In this document: positions 6,725 to 15,150 of the stretch, piece after piece
Layout of the letters: every line of letters begins with the position of its first letter
How positions within the stretch are numbered: the first letter of the stretch is position 1
Notes under the pieces: generated by a model
Told to the model about the DNA's origin: nothing
Databases searched by the model: none
Seen by the model: only the letters and a program-made list of their open reading frames with translations
Program-made: the position numbers and the translations under genes
Source of the DNA: Myxococcales bacterium
GTDB taxonomy: Bacteria > Myxococcota_A > UBA9042
Assembly: GCA_037441385.1 (NCBI GenBank)
Contig: JBBISH010000139.1
Location: 1 to 15,150, forward strand
Length of the DNA stretch: 15,150 bases
Reading direction: 5' to 3'

Positions 6725-6899
6725 CCCGCGCCACCGGCACTGGCCCAAAGGGCGGCAGCGCGACGGAGCTTTGCCGCCGCCGGGAGTGGGCACCGCGGAA
6801 TTTCGTAAGAATCTTGTTCGACCGGCGGCCGTGACGGGACGGCGAGGCCAGGCGGTGCCGATTTCAGCCGGGTCTTGCTTGCCGAGCCGGGGCGCCCAA
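6725..6899. repeat. Structured 175-bp intergenic repeat, copy A (REP/REPIN/MITE-like or ncRNA)
   Basis: Aligns without indels to 9414-9588 (offset 2689, 12 mismatches, ~93% identity). Stems GGCGGCA/TGCCGCC, GGCACCG/CGGTGCC and CCGT/ACGG, plus complementary ends GCGCC(A)CCGGC / GCCGGGGCGC. Confidence 0.9.
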
Positions 6900-6901
6900 A
6901 C

Positions 6902-9232
6902 CTACTTACACCACCCAGGCTTGCTCGCCCCGCCCACCGCCCCAACAAACGCCGCGTTGCTGTAGCACGGCGTGATGCACTCCGTCCCAGCCGCCTGCCA
7001 CATCAAGTTCTTCTTGGCCGGGCAAGACAGGCCCGACTGATGGCACGCCTCGAACACCGGCTTGCTCCCGCCCGTCAGCACGTTTGGCCACCACAGCTTG
7101 CCCACATACCACAAGTCCAGCGGCTCCAGCTTGACCGAGGCAAACTGCACCACCAGCCCGCCCTGCACGTAGATCGCCACCGTGGCGTACGAGGTGCCGT
7201 AGCCGTGGTCGTTCCAATAGTGCGCGCCCACCGAGTAGGGCACCGGCTCGTCCACGGAACCCTCGGGCGAATTCAGGTTCAGGTTCTCGGGGCCGGCGCC
7301 GTCGGTGTCGTCCAAGTCCAGCGAGGGATTGTCCTTGACGGCGGCCGACGGGCTGCCCCACTCGGGCATCGCATTGAACCAGAACACGTCCCACGGGTTG
7401 GCGAACCACGGGTCGGGCTTGCCGTCGCAGTCCAGGTCCAGCTCGGCCGCCAGCGGGTGGGCAAAGTGCAGGTCCAGGTCGGCGCCCGCCGCCGGGCCGG
7501 TGTCGAACTGGTTGGGGTCCGCGGGCGTGTTCCACAGCAGCTCGATGTGGATGTCTGTGTTGGGAATCACCAGCACCGTCTCGCATGCGGGCGCGCAGCC
7601 CGGCTGGTCGTTCTGGTCCCAGACCTGCAGGCAGAAGGTGTAGGTCCCGGCCGCGTTGGCCTGCAGGGTCGGGTTCGCAAACGATGCGTTAGGCAGAAGC
7701 GGCTGGTTCGAGCCCGGCGGCTGCTTGACTGTCCACAGGTACTTCTTGATCGACCCAGCCGGCGCGGTCGACTTGCTCCCCATCAAGTGCAGCAGGGTCT
7801 GCGGGACCACCTCCCCGCCCTCTTGCACCGTCGCCTTGGCTACGGGACAGACCTGGCTGGCGCCGGTGCCCTGCAGCGTCAGCTTGGCCGGGGCGTACGC
7901 ATTGGAAACAATGGAGATGGCCGCCTTGTCGGGCTTGCTGGGGTCCGGCGTCAGGTCGGTCGGCTCGTACCTTACGTCTACCACGGCGCATTTGCTGACC
8001 GAGATCTTCCATGGGTTAGCGGAGCTTACGGGCGGGGGCGCCGCCAGTTGTTGGGTGGCGTAGAGCGCGGCGAGGTCCAGAGAGAACTCGCTGGAGTTGG
8101 TCTCAGCTGCGACGATTTCCAGCGTGGTGACCTGCAACTCCGCCGAGCCGCAGTTGCACACCTGGAACTCCAGCTTCTTCAAGTCGCCCAGCAGAGTCGG
8201 GCCAAAATCGTAGTTGGTTACGCTGGTCTTCATGCACGGGGCAGCGAAGTTCCCCTCCAGGACCAGCGACTTGAGCTCGCTGCCGTTGCCCCAGACTTTC
8301 AGCGCGCCGACCATCTTGGTGGGCTTGGTCGGGGCGAAATGCACCGTCAGCGTTGCGGTCTCGCCGGGTTGCAGCACAAGGGGCGTGCTCAGGCTCCAGC
8401 CAAGCTTGCCGGGATGGACGCTGGTGTCCAGGCCAGCGGGCGCCGTCAACTGAAAAGCGAACACCTCGGCAGTGGTCGGCGCAAAGGCCGAGATCGTCAG
8501 CGGCCAGGTCCCAGCGTTCTTGAGCTGCACGTCTTGGGACTGGCTGGTGCCCGGTGGAACCCACGGGAATTGGGCCGAGGCAGGGGAGAATTCCAAGATC
8601 AGCTTCGGTTGCACACAACCGCCGCCTTGGCAGACCTTGCTACCGCACGGCACGGTCGCTTCGCTGGAGCCGTCTGGGGCGCAACTGTGTACGGCGTTGT
8701 CGGGGGTGCAGGTGACCGAGCCCTGTTCGCACACGTCTGGCACACACGTCGAGTCTTTGCAGAACTGTGCTGGCGCGCAGTCCGCGCTGGTCACGCAATC
8801 CACGCAAACCAGGCTCTGCTTGTTGCACAGCTGCCCAGGGCAGTCCTTGCTTGTCGCGCAGGGCTTGGGTTTTGGCTTGCAGGTCTTGCTCTTGCACTGC
8901 AGGTCGGGGGCGCAGTCGCTGTCGACCAGGCAGTCTACGCAGACCTTGTTGGCGACATCGCACACCAGCCCCAGACCGGAGCATTGCTTGTCGCTGGTGC
9001 AGGTTGCAGCAGTTTCGGCCACGGCGGCGTCACTGCCTGCCGTGTTCTGGCCTGAAGTATCTGGATCGGCGCCAGAGACCCCGTCCGAGACGAGTCCGGT
9101 GAACACGCCTGAATTGCCAGGTGTTGCGCCGCACCCCTGCGCAAGTATCAGCACGAAAACCGCGAGCACGGCGCTTCCAAGGCCGCGCTGCCGCGGTCGC
9201 CCGAGCTTGCCGAACACAGTTGGCGTCATCAT
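6902..9232 (-). CDS. Large surface lipoprotein (~776 aa): Cys-rich N-terminus, two choice-of-anchor-D/HYDIN-type Ig domains, a PKD-like domain and a C-terminal YfaP/DUF2135-like domain
   Basis: GGGAG RBS before ATG 9232. Lipobox VLILAQG-C. Cys repeats CTSDKQC...C. Ig motifs V.LKNAGTWPLTI and NCGSAELQV. PKD-like LMGSKS..PAGSIKKYLWTV...AGTYTFCLQVWD. C-terminal ELLW...DLDLH...LDLDDTDGAGPENLNL. Confidence 0.85.
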   Translation of the reverse strand: MMTPTVFGKLGRPRQRGLGSAVLAVFVLILAQGCGATPGNSGVFTGLVSDGVSGADPDTSGQNTAGSDAAVAETAATCTSDKQCSGLGLVCDVANKVCVDCLVDSDCAPDLQCKSKTCKPKPKPCATSKDCPGQLCNKQSLVCVDCVTSADCAPAQFCKDSTCVPDVCEQGSVTCTPDNAVHSCAPDGSSEATVPCGSKVCQGGGCVQPKLILEFSPASAQFPWVPPGTSQSQDVQLKNAGTWPLTISAFAPTTAEVFAFQLTAPAGLDTSVHPGKLGWSLSTPLVLQPGETATLTVHFAPTKPTKMVGALKVWGNGSELKSLVLEGNFAAPCMKTSVTNYDFGPTLLGDLKKLEFQVCNCGSAELQVTTLEIVAAETNSSEFSLDLAALYATQQLAAPPPVSSANPWKISVSKCAVVDVRYEPTDLTPDPSKPDKAAISIVSNAYAPAKLTLQGTGASQVCPVAKATVQEGGEVVPQTLLHLMGSKSTAPAGSIKKYLWTVKQPPGSNQPLLPNASFANPTLQANAAGTYTFCLQVWDQNDQPGCAPACETVLVIPNTDIHIELLWNTPADPNQFDTGPAAGADLDLHFAHPLAAELDLDCDGKPDPWFANPWDVFWFNAMPEWGSPSAAVKDNPSLDLDDTDGAGPENLNLNSPEGSVDEPVPYSVGAHYWNDHGYGTSYATVAIYVQGGLVVQFASVKLEPLDLWYVGKLWWPNVLTGGSKPVFEACHQSGLSCPAKKNLMWQAAGTECITPCYSNAAFVGAVGGASKPGWCK

Positions 9233-9310
9233 CTGGCACTCCCGCATGTCCAAAGGGGTCAGACTTACAGCACAAAGCGCGTCCGTGGGCGATGGGCTCT
9301 GGCAACTCCC

Positions 9311-9339
9311 AGCGTGAAACCAGCGGGTGCGGCTGTCAA
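9311..9339 (-). promoter_or_regulatory. Possible sigma70-type promoter for the surface lipoprotein
   Basis: Minus strand TTGACA-N17-CACGCT, about 80 nt upstream of ATG 9232. Confidence 0.35.
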
Positions 9340-9413
9340 GCGCCAAGGCGGGCCCGCATGGCCCATGAACTCAGCACCCGCCAAGAGGGAATTGCCCAGG
9401 TCAAGCCAGCACC

Positions 9414-9588
9414 CCCGCGCCACCGGCACAGGCCCACAGGGCGGCAGCGCGACGGAGCGTTGCCGCCGCCGGGAGTGGGCACCGAGGAATTTCGCAGGAA
9501 TCTTCTTCGACCGGCGGCCGTGACGGGACGGCGAGGCCAGGCGGTGCCGAATTCTGCCGGGTCCCTCTTGCCGAGCCGGGGCGCCCAA
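9414..9588. repeat. Structured 175-bp intergenic repeat, copy B
   Basis: Direct repeat of 6725-6899. Contains an 11-bp hairpin GGCGGCAGCGC-GACGGA-GCGTTGCCGCC with one G.T pair. Confidence 0.9.
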
Positions 9589-9638
9589 CTGCTCAAGATC
9601 CAGACGGGTACGCCGATGTGGCAAGACACCTTTGGGCT

Positions 9639-10454
9639 CTATGCCGCCGGCTCGACCTGGCCGGACGGTCGACGTCGCCGCCCCAACCCGCGGCGGGCCA
9701 TCTTCGCCACGATCGCCGACCAATTCCGCAGCGACAAGGGCGCCAGGCACACCAACCCGTCGCCTTGGTCCTGACCGGGATTCATCTCCGCGTAAAAGGC
9801 GATGTCCGGGTCGCGCAAGTCCGCGTGCCCGCTGCTGACTTGCCCCTCGCGGTACAGCGGCCCGGCGCTGAGGATGCCGGTCTGCGCGCTCCACCACTCG
9901 TCAAAGCCCATCTGCTGCATGGCGGCGTCGACGAGGGCCGCCTCGCGCTGTGGCCACTTTGCTGCGCGCCGGGGCCAACACTCCGCCAGATTGCGCGTCA
10001 TCAACAGGTACGACTTGATGGTGGCCGCCACGAACAGCCAGTAGGTCGGCGTGGTCGGGTGCGTCAGCCGATAGTGGACAAAGGTCTGCAACCCCGCCCG
10101 CTGGATGAGGTTGTGGCCGCGCCACCGCGGATCGATGGCCGTGCTGCCCGTATAGAACAGCGCGTGAACTCGGCCCTGCCACGGGACTTCCAGGATGTGC
10201 ACCACCGCGCAGGCCGCGAGTTGGTTGTGGACTGTGAACCACCGCAGAACGCGGTGACTGGTGACCAGGCGCCGCTGCCATCCGGCGCGATCCTGGGCGG
10301 CAAAACGGGCGACGAAGGCCCACAAGTCCTCGATCTCGCCCGCATCCAGCTCGCTTGGGTGGACATGGCGCGACCTTGGCTTGTGCTTCACTGGGTGATG
10401 GGGCTCGCCGTGGTGCGAGTGGTGGGCATGGTGGGTCGATCGGGTGGGGGTCAT
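9639..10454 (-). CDS. Conserved hypothetical protein, probable GNAT-like fold, with a His-rich N-terminus
   Basis: Acyl-CoA-binding-like motif AIDPRWRGHNL, plus YWLFVAATIKSYLLM and DPDIAFYAEMNPG...GDGLVCLAPLSLRN. Codon bias is typical of a real gene. Confidence 0.7.
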   Translation of the reverse strand: MTPTRSTHHAHHSHHGEPHHPVKHKPRSRHVHPSELDAGEIEDLWAFVARFAAQDRAGWQRRLVTSHRVLRWFTVHNQLAACAVVHILEVPWQGRVHALFYTGSTAIDPRWRGHNLIQRAGLQTFVHYRLTHPTTPTYWLFVAATIKSYLLMTRNLAECWPRRAAKWPQREAALVDAAMQQMGFDEWWSAQTGILSAGPLYREGQVSSGHADLRDPDIAFYAEMNPGQDQGDGLVCLAPLSLRNWSAIVAKMARRGLGRRRRPSGQVEPAA

Positions 10455-10614
10455 GGTGGCTCACGGGCACAGTCGGCTGGCCAAGGCTTGGGTTGAGCCA
10501 AGGACCATGCCAGACCGACTCGCAGAGGCCAACATGGGCGTGCGTATCCTGTTTGTCTGGTTGGAGAATCGCGGTCAGGGGCACCCGTCCAAACGGTCTG
10601 GGTGCGACAAGGGG

Positions 10615-11571
10615 CTACATCAGCCCGATCTCGGCCAGCCGCTGCCGCAGGTACTCGCCCGCAGTCACTCGCGGGAACCTGGCCTCGCCGCCGGTCTTCT
10701 GCACGGCCGTGGCGCGCGGCGTCAGGTCGACCTCGGGCCGGGGGTGCACAAAGAACGGCATCGAAAACCGCCGGTCGCGGCTGTTGTCCGGGTTCACTAC
10801 GCGGTGCGTGGTGGCTTTGAAGAAGCCGTTGGTCAGTTGCTGCAGCATGTCGCCCGAGTCGACCACGATCTGGCCGCTGAGGGCGTGGATCGGCCGCCAG
10901 TTACCATCGCGCTGCAGCAGCTCCAGACCGCCCGCGGTGGCTTCGACCAAGAGCGTAATCAGGTTGATGTCTTCGTGAGCGGCGGCGCGTACGGCCTGTG
11001 GGTGGCGGTCGGCCGGGACCGGCGGGTAGTGGATGATGCGGAGCACGGTGTCGCCGTACGCCGCGATCGACGGCAGGTACTCCGGCGTCTCGCCCAAGTA
11101 GATCGAGCACGCCGTCAACAGATGCACCGAGGCAGCATCGATCTGTCTGAAAAGGTGGAGCATGCGCGGCTTGAACTCGGGGAGCTCTTTGGGCCAGATA
11201 TTGTGCCAGGGCAGCAGCATGCCGAGCGGGTCGCTGCTGTCCTCGCGGCCAACGTGCCAGAATTCCTTGAGGTCTGGGGCAGCGCTATCCTTGGCGTGCT
11301 CGCGGCCAAAGCTGGTGTAGCCGCGCTGGCCGTGGACGGCCGGATCCTCGTAGGCCGTCTTGATGGCGTCGCCTTGATCAAAGAACGCTTGGGCAATGGC
11401 GTAGGCACTGGTCACGACCGCCGGGTCGACGCCGTGATCCTCCAGCGCAAAAAAGCCAATATCGACCAAGGCATCGCCGACGGTCTGCACAAAGGTCGCG
11501 CGCTGGGCTGGCGTGCCGTGGGTAAAGTCGCGCAGGCTGGCGACGGGAATCGTCTGCAGGGTGGGGGACAT
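10615..11571 (-). CDS. Isopenicillin-N-synthase-family 2-oxoglutarate/Fe(II)-dependent dioxygenase (~318 aa)
   Basis: DIOX_N-type IGFFALEDHGV, LRIIHYPP, facial triad HxD (AAHEDINLIT) + H (TTHRVVNP), and RxS (RFSMPFF). Start chosen at ATG 11571 (MSPTLQTIPVASL). Confidence 0.92.
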   Translation of the reverse strand: MSPTLQTIPVASLRDFTHGTPAQRATFVQTVGDALVDIGFFALEDHGVDPAVVTSAYAIAQAFFDQGDAIKTAYEDPAVHGQRGYTSFGREHAKDSAAPDLKEFWHVGREDSSDPLGMLLPWHNIWPKELPEFKPRMLHLFRQIDAASVHLLTACSIYLGETPEYLPSIAAYGDTVLRIIHYPPVPADRHPQAVRAAAHEDINLITLLVEATAGGLELLQRDGNWRPIHALSGQIVVDSGDMLQQLTNGFFKATTHRVVNPDNSRDRRFSMPFFVHPRPEVDLTPRATAVQKTGGEARFPRVTAGEYLRQRLAEIGLM

Positions 11572-11791
11572 GCGGCTCAGGACCTCGGCGCCCAGGTGGG
11601 GCGCGCGCGGCCGTGCAGGGTATGCCAGTGGCGCGCCGGCTCCAAGGGGCCATGGGCCGAGCCGTGCAACGTTTTGGCAACAGCCGCGACGACGCTGTGA
11701 CCGCCCGCCGCCCTGTCCCATTGCAATTGCTTCAGGAGCGGCGCGCAATTCCCTGCAGCCATGCCCCACCCACGGGACAGCGCGAGGCCTC

Positions 11792-14776
11792 ATGTACCGC
11801 ATCGTTCGTCGCGAGCAATTTTCGGACACAACGTTCTTGTGGGAGGTGGACGCCGCCGACGTGGCCCGCGCCGCCCAGCCCGGCCAGTTCGTGATGCTGC
11901 GCCTGGGCGACGACGGCGAGCGGATTCCCCTGACGATCGCGGACTTCGATCGCCAGCGCGGCACGGTCACGCTGGTCATCCAGGCGCTGGGCAAGACCAC
12001 CCGCGCCATGCTGGAGCACTACGCTGAGGGGGACGAATTTGCAGACTTTGCAGGGCCTTTGGGCCTGGCCGCCCACGCCGATCGGGTCGGCCATGTGGCG
12101 CTGGTCGGCGGCGGTCTGGGCGTAGCGCCGGTCTACCCGCAGTTGCGCGCCCAAAAGGCCGTTGGGAACCGCACCAGCAGCATCATCGGCTTCCGGAGCG
12201 CGGACAAGGTGTTCTGGCAAGAGCGTTTTGCCCGCCACAGCGACAGCCTGACCGTGTGCACCGACGACGGCACGCTGGGCACCCGCGGTTTTGTCACTGA
12301 GTCCCTGCGCGCTCTGTGCGAGGGCCCGGATCGGCCCGACAAGGTCATCGCGATCGGCCCGCTCGCGATGATGCGGGCTTGCGCAGAGGTGACGCGGCCT
12401 TTGGGCATCCCCACGCTGGTGAGCCTCAACGCCATCATGGTGGACGGCACCGGGATGTGCGGTTCGTGCCGCGTGTCGCTGGGCGGCGAGGTCAAGTTCG
12501 CTTGCGTCGATGGCCCCGATTTTGATGCGCATCTGGTCGATTTTGACGAATTGCTCAAGCGCCAGCGTCGCTTTGGTGCTGAGGAGGCGCGCGCTTCGGC
12601 GGACTACGCCCACGTGTGCAACCTGGAGCAGCAGCTGTTGCACGACGAGAAGCGGAACTACAAGAAACTGAAGGAGTTGTCGCCCACGGCGACGCCGATG
12701 CCCGAGCGCAATCCCGGCGAGCGTTCACGGAATTTTCTAGAGGTGAACCTGGGTTACAGTATGGACCAGGCGCTGGCCGAGGCTGAGCGCTGCATCCAGT
12801 GTGCCCGCCCCACCTGCATCGCCGGCTGTCCGGTGGCGATCGACATCCCGCGCTTCATCCGCCACCTGTTGGTGCGCGACTTGGCGGGGGCCCTGGAGGT
12901 CATCCACGAAAACAACCTGTTTCCGTCGATCTGCGGTCGGGTTTGCCCGCAGGAGAGCCAGTGCGAGGCGCAGTGCATCGTGGGCAAGAAGCTGGAGCCG
13001 GTGGCGATCGGTCGCCTCGAGCGCTTCGTGGGCGACAACGCCGCAGCGCCCAAGGCTTTGCCGGTGCATCCGACCCAGGCGTTGGGCAAGGTCGCGCTGG
13101 TCGGCTCGGGGCCGGCGGGGCTAGCTTGCGCCGCGGACCTGGCGAAGATGGGCATCCAGGCTACGGTTTTCGAGGCCTTGCATGTGGTGGGCGGCGTGCT
13201 TCGCTACGGCATCCCCAGCTTTCGCTTGCCGCGGCCCATCATCGACCGCGAGATCCAGCGCTTGCACGACATGGGCGTCCGCATCGTGACGAACAAGGTG
13301 GTGGGCAAGACCTTTACTGTGCAGGAATTGCTGGGCGACCTGGGCTTTGACGCCGTGTTCCTGGGCGTGGGCGCGGGGATGCCGGCTTTTCTGGGGATCC
13401 CGGGCGAGGGGGCCGGGCAGGTGTTTTCGGCGAACGAATTCCTGACGCGCGTCAACCTGATGGGGGGCGATCGCTTCCCGTACCGCGACACGCCGGTGGG
13501 GATGGGCAAGCGGGTCGCGGTGGTGGGCGCCGGCAATACCGCGATGGACTGCCTGCGGGTGGCGCGCCGGTTGGGCGCCGAGGTGCACTGCCTGTATCGG
13601 CGCACTCAGGCAGAAGCGCCGGCGCGGCATGAGGAATTGCGGCACGCGGTGGAGGAGGGCGTGCAGTTCCATTGGCTGCACAGCCCCACCGAGATCCTGC
13701 TCGATCCGTCGGGGAATGTCCGCGGGGTGGTGTGCCAGCAGATGGCGATGGGCGCGCCTGACGCTTCGGGGCGGCGCAAACCGGAGCCGATTCCGGGGGC
13801 GTTCACGACCTTCGACGTCGACACCGTCGTGGTGGCGCTGGGCACGAAGGCGAACTCGATCATCCCGCAGTCGGCGCCGGCGCTGGAGTTGAACAAGTGG
13901 GGCAATGTGGTGGCGGACGCGGAGACGCAAGCCGCGTCGATGCCTGGGGTCTTTGCGGGCGGCGACATCGTCACGGGCGGCGCGACGGTGATCTTGGCGA
14001 TGGGGGCGGGTCGGCGTGCCGCAAAGGCGATCGGTTGGTACCTGCGCCATCGGAGCTGGCCGCCGCCGCGCGACGAGGTGGCGGCGTTCGTGCCGGGCGG
14101 GGCTCCCCTGCCGGAAGGCGGCGGCGCAAGTGGTCAACCGGCGATGTGCCCGAAGTGCCGGCGGCCCCTAGAAGAAGACGACGACGGAATCTGCTGCGGC
14201 GGACTGCGCCTGCGCTGGTCGTGCGAGCGCTGCCACGCAGTTTCCGAAGGGGCCGTGCTGCCTTGGGGGCAGTGCCCGGCCTGTGGCGGGGGATTGCGGC
14301 TGGATGAGGGCGACGGTGGCGCCAGAGATGGTGCACAAGAGGCGGCGGTCCTACAGGCGCTGTCGATCGAGCTGGGCGGCGCTGCGTTCTACCGCGGCAT
14401 GGCGGACCAGAGCGCCGACGCGGAGTTGCGCGACCTGCTGGGCCGGCTGGCGGCGATGGAGGTCGAGCACTTGGCCACACTGTCGCGGCGCTACCACGTC
14501 GTGGCGCCCGCGCCGGCGCAGGTCACCGCCAGTCAGGCGGCCGTGTTCGCCCAGGTGTCGCTGCCGGACCCGTTGGATGCGGTGGGCGTGCTCCAACTCG
14601 CCGTCGGGTTGGAGCGGAAGGCCGAGCGCTATTTCTTGGAGTCGGCGGCCGGATTGGCGCAGGGCACTGCGGCGCGGCGGCTGTACCTTGAACTGGCGGC
14701 GGAAGAGGCCGAACACTGCGCTCTGCTCGAAACGGAGCTGCGGCGCCGCACGCACGGGAAAGCTGGGGTCCTGTAG
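11792..14776 (+). CDS. nfnAB: Fused NfnA-NfnB (SudB/PyrK-like + GltD/SudA-like) flavin Fe-S oxidoreductase with C-terminal Cys ribbon and rubrerythrin/ferritin-like domain (994 aa)
   Basis: NfnA part: PGQFVMLR...ERIPLTIAD, GPLG, GGGLGVAP, [2Fe-2S] MVDGTGMCGSC...CVDGP. NfnB part: EAERCIQC...C...CPV, GRVCPQESQCE..C, GSGPAG, GGVLRYGIP, GAGNTAMD, YRR, GVFAGGDIVTGGATVILAMG. C-terminus: CPKC..CC..CERC..CPAC and two E...ExxH motifs. GAGG RBS before ATG 11792. Confidence 0.88.
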   Translation: MYRIVRREQFSDTTFLWEVDAADVARAAQPGQFVMLRLGDDGERIPLTIADFDRQRGTVTLVIQALGKTTRAMLEHYAEGDEFADFAGPLGLAAHADRVGHVALVGGGLGVAPVYPQLRAQKAVGNRTSSIIGFRSADKVFWQERFARHSDSLTVCTDDGTLGTRGFVTESLRALCEGPDRPDKVIAIGPLAMMRACAEVTRPLGIPTLVSLNAIMVDGTGMCGSCRVSLGGEVKFACVDGPDFDAHLVDFDELLKRQRRFGAEEARASADYAHVCNLEQQLLHDEKRNYKKLKELSPTATPMPERNPGERSRNFLEVNLGYSMDQALAEAERCIQCARPTCIAGCPVAIDIPRFIRHLLVRDLAGALEVIHENNLFPSICGRVCPQESQCEAQCIVGKKLEPVAIGRLERFVGDNAAAPKALPVHPTQALGKVALVGSGPAGLACAADLAKMGIQATVFEALHVVGGVLRYGIPSFRLPRPIIDREIQRLHDMGVRIVTNKVVGKTFTVQELLGDLGFDAVFLGVGAGMPAFLGIPGEGAGQVFSANEFLTRVNLMGGDRFPYRDTPVGMGKRVAVVGAGNTAMDCLRVARRLGAEVHCLYRRTQAEAPARHEELRHAVEEGVQFHWLHSPTEILLDPSGNVRGVVCQQMAMGAPDASGRRKPEPIPGAFTTFDVDTVVVALGTKANSIIPQSAPALELNKWGNVVADAETQAASMPGVFAGGDIVTGGATVILAMGAGRRAAKAIGWYLRHRSWPPPRDEVAAFVPGGAPLPEGGGASGQPAMCPKCRRPLEEDDDGICCGGLRLRWSCERCHAVSEGAVLPWGQCPACGGGLRLDEGDGGARDGAQEAAVLQALSIELGGAAFYRGMADQSADAELRDLLGRLAAMEVEHLATLSRRYHVVAPAPAQVTASQAAVFAQVSLPDPLDAVGVLQLAVGLERKAERYFLESAAGLAQGTAARRLYLELAAEEAEHCALLETELRRRTHGKAGVL

Positions 14777-14792
14777 CAAAGGGGGGCATTTT

Positions 14793-15150
14793 CTACTCCG
14801 CATTTTCATTGAGGACAGGGCCGACCGGAACCGCCACAGCCGCGCAGGCGAAGCTGAAGAGCGGGAAGCTGACGAACTCGACCGCCTCGCCCCGGGCCGC
14901 CCGCACCGCCGCGATCCGCGCCGCGACCCGCGCCTCCGCGTAGGCCAGTTCGTACGCCACCACGCGCGCCTTGAACGCCTCGTACTCCGCCTGCGACGAC
15001 GCGATGCCGTAGTTCCGGGCCTTCGCCTTCGGTTTCGGCCGGTTGGGCAGGTCCTCCCACGCCGGCTGAGTCGCCTCGTCGGCCGCCCGGTCGCCTTGGG
15101 GGGCAATTTCTGAAAGGTCGGCGTCTCCGGCCAGAGGCCCGGTCACCGCC
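14793..15150 (-). CDS. 3' end of a gene running off the window; resembles the C-terminus of RAYT/IS200-like Y1 transposase-family proteins
   Basis: The frame is open to the window edge with high GC3. WEDLPNRPKPKAK...AYELAYAEAR...RGEAVEFVSFPLFSF recalls the P..P.....AY..A...R.G...V.FP..(T/S) tail I associate with long RAYT-like proteins. The HUH catalytic region is not in the window. Confidence 0.45.
   Translation of the reverse strand, partial: AVTGPLAGDADLSEIAPQGDRAADEATQPAWEDLPNRPKPKAKARNYGIASSQAEYEAFKARVVAYELAYAEARVAARIAAVRAARGEAVEFVSFPLFSFACAAVAVPVGPVLNENAE

Noticed and set aside
6725..6899. HDV-like ribozyme, 6S RNA or group II intron domain V in the 175-bp repeat
   Set aside because: The minus strand has a P3/L3-like GCCG-TCCCGTCA-CGGC, but P1 and P2 partners cannot be completed. 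There is no single rod with a central bubble and no domain V consensus.
6875..9055. 726-aa plus-strand ORF, and similar long ORFs at 10444-11700 and 13121-14137
   Set aside because: Antisense shadows of real high-GC3 genes; Arg/Gly-rich with no recognisable motifs.
9583..9637. Integron attC site (GCCCAAC...TTTGGGC)
   Set aside because: The interior is not self-complementary, there is no GTT at the right core, and no integrase or cassette array is present.
10498..10512. Sigma54 promoter TGGCATG-N4-TTGG on the minus strand before the GNAT-like gene
   Set aside because: The -12 element has GG instead of the near-invariant GC.
11792..14776. Glutamate synthase (gltD/gltA) as the functional call
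   Set aside because: No large subunit gltB is adjacent, and the N-terminal FNR/[2Fe-2S] module identifies an NfnAB/Sud-type enzyme.

Overview
GC-rich bacterial DNA. The gene types (Cys-rich lipoproteins, choice-of-anchor-D/PKD surface protein) suggest a Myxococcota/deltaproteobacterial genome, which is an inference. The left part (1-6640) looks like an accessory/defence region. It holds an XRE-HTH regulator/antitoxin-like gene, a lipoprotein made of 18 four-Cys repeats whose 5' leader resembles a degenerate c-di-GMP-I (GEMM-I) riboswitch, and a Septu-like ptuAB pair (ABC ATPase + HNH/TIGR02646-like nuclease) with no retron RT in view. It also holds a DUF3102-like HTH gene whose 3' end plus an AT-rich palindrome is duplicated with an 808-bp period around a solitary PD-(D/E)XK nuclease. 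The middle holds a large surface lipoprotein bracketed by two copies of a structured 175-bp direct repeat. The right part encodes a GNAT-like protein, an IPNS-family 2OG-Fe(II) oxygenase, a 994-aa fused NfnA-NfnB flavoprotein with extra C-terminal Cys-ribbon and rubrerythrin/ferritin-like domains, and the 3' end of a possible RAYT/Y1-transposase-like gene. All family assignments come from reading motifs by eye; no database searches were run.
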